In this document: positions 62,559 through 64,000 of the stretch, in pieces
How positions within the stretch are numbered: position 1 is the first letter of the stretch
How the letters are laid out: each line of letters begins with the position of its first letter
DNA from: the human T2T-CHM13v2.0 reference genome, Homo sapiens
Reading direction: 5' to 3'
DNA: 64,000 nucleotides
NCBI GenBank assembly: GCA_009914755.4
Contig: CP086569.2
Coordinates: 17,632,001-17,696,000 of the forward strand
The notes under the pieces: model-generated
The model's input: only the letters and a program-made list of their open reading frames with translations
Told to the model about the DNA's origin: nothing
The model's database searches: none
Translations under genes and position numbers: made by a program

Positions 62559-63061
62559 GTAATTATGTGAGGTGGTAGCTACATTTTCCTTGATCGTGGT
62601 AAGCATTTCACATTTCACAATGTATGGGTATATCAAAACATCACCTTGTCCACATTATATACCTACAATTTTTATGTGTGCATTACACTTCAATAGAAAT
62701 GAAGGGGAAAAAGAAAAAAAATAAAGAAACACTATAATTTCTTTCAAAGACAATTTGGCGAGTTCTAATAAATAACTTAAATAAATGCCTGGGGTTTGCT
62801 GACTGCACAAAATAAATATTTAGTTGGAAAAATAAAGTTTTCATGACTTAAATGATAACTAGTCTGAGGTTTTTACCCAAATTAATATAACTATCTGAAG
62901 ATGCAATTGTGATTTAAAAAACATAGATCTTTTCATTTCTAATATAAAATTATTGCCAAAATCATTTTTACATATTTTAGAATATTTTGGAAAAATGTTT
63001 ATTTGAAAACAAGTTCTTTAAAATGTCTTAAAAAACGAAGTACTTAAAATAAATATTTTTT

Positions 63062-64000
63062 CAAAGATGGCTGAAAGAAAAGTTCCAATGGGCAACTCCC
63101 AGCACGATTAATGCAGAAGGCAGGTGATTTCTGCATTTCCAACTGAGGTATACAGCTCATTTCATTGGGACTGGTTAGATAGTGGATACAGCCCACAAAG
63201 GGTGAGGCAAAGCAGGGTCAGGCAATGCCTCACCCAGGAAGCACAATGTGTCGGGGAACTCCCTTTCTAGCCAAGGGAAGGCGTGAGGGACTGTGCCATG
63301 AGGAACAGTGCATTCTGGCCCAGATACTATGGTATTTCCACAGTCTTCACACCCCATGTACCAAGAGGTTCCTTCAGGTGCCTACACCAACAGGGACCTG
63401 GGTTTCAAGCACAAAACTGGGTGGCCGTTTGGGCAGACACTGAGTTAGCTGCAGAAGCTTTTTTTTCCGTGCCTCAGTGGTACCTGGAACACTAATGAGA
63501 TAGAACTGTTCACCCCCTGAAAAGTGGGCTGAAGCCAGGAAGCCAAGTGGTCTAGCTCAGTGTATCCCACTCCCATGAAGCCCAACAAGCTAAAATCCAC
63601 TGGCTTTAAATTCTCGCTGCCAGCACAGCAGACTGAAGTCAACCTGGGACACTCAAGCATGGTGGGGGGAGGGGCGTCCACCATTACTGAGGCGTAGGTA
63701 GGTGGTTTTCTGCTCACAGTGTAAACAAAGCTGCCTGGAATTTAGAACTAGGTGGAGTCCACTGCAGCTCAGAGAAGTTGCTTTAACAAGACTGCCTCTC
63801 TAGATTTCTTCTCTCTGGGCAGGGCATCTCTGAAAGCAATGCAGCAGCCTCAGTCAGGGGCTTATAGATAAAACTTCCATTTCCCTGAAACAGTGCAGCT
63901 GAGGGAAAGGGCAGCTATTGGCACAGCTTCAGCAGTCTTAAATATTAATGTCTACTGGCTCTGAAGAGAGCAGCAGATCCCCCAGCACAGTGCTCGAGCT
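63062..64000 (+). mobile_element. 5' end (5'UTR) of another L1PA-type LINE-1 running off the window
   Basis: 'caaagatggctgaaagaaaagttccaatgggcaactcccagcacgattaatgcagaaggcaggtgatttctgcatttccaactgaggtatacagctcatttcattgggactggttagatagtggatacagcccacaaagggtgaggcaaagcagggtcaggcaatgcctcacccaggaagcacaa...' is collinear with the reverse complement of the 5' end of the L1 at 21651-28013. Confidence 0.9.

Overview
This window is primate nuclear genomic DNA, almost certainly human or a close hominoid, because Alu elements including very young CpG-rich AluY copies are present. It is not prokaryotic. It is visibly AT-rich and is dominated by interspersed repeats and simple-sequence tracts. Recognisable by eye: four long L1PA-type LINE-1 copies (6519-12375 minus strand, 5'-truncated in the 5'UTR; 21651-28013 minus strand, full length; 36579-42737 plus strand, full length; 63062 to the window end, plus strand). 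There is also a young 5'-truncated L1 3' end (31483-32692 minus strand), several old L1MA/L1PB 3' fragments, at least 22 Alu copies or monomers, two MaLR LTRs (one THE1/MST-type, one MLT1-type), a MADE1 mariner MITE, and many micro/minisatellites. The simple-sequence tracts are mainly complex GATA/TATC tracts and long purine or pyrimidine tracts. Every long ORF in the supplied six-frame track is explained by these repeats, as degenerate L1 ORF1/ORF2 fragments, antisense Alu translations, or microsatellite translations. I cannot support any host protein-coding exon, tRNA, rRNA, CRISPR array or operon-like system from sequence alone. The findings below are therefore about transposable-element nesting, local duplications and unusual simple-sequence architecture. 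All coordinates are estimated by eye from the numbered sequence, with an error of roughly +/-5 bp. Family assignments are from memory of consensus sequences, not from a database search.
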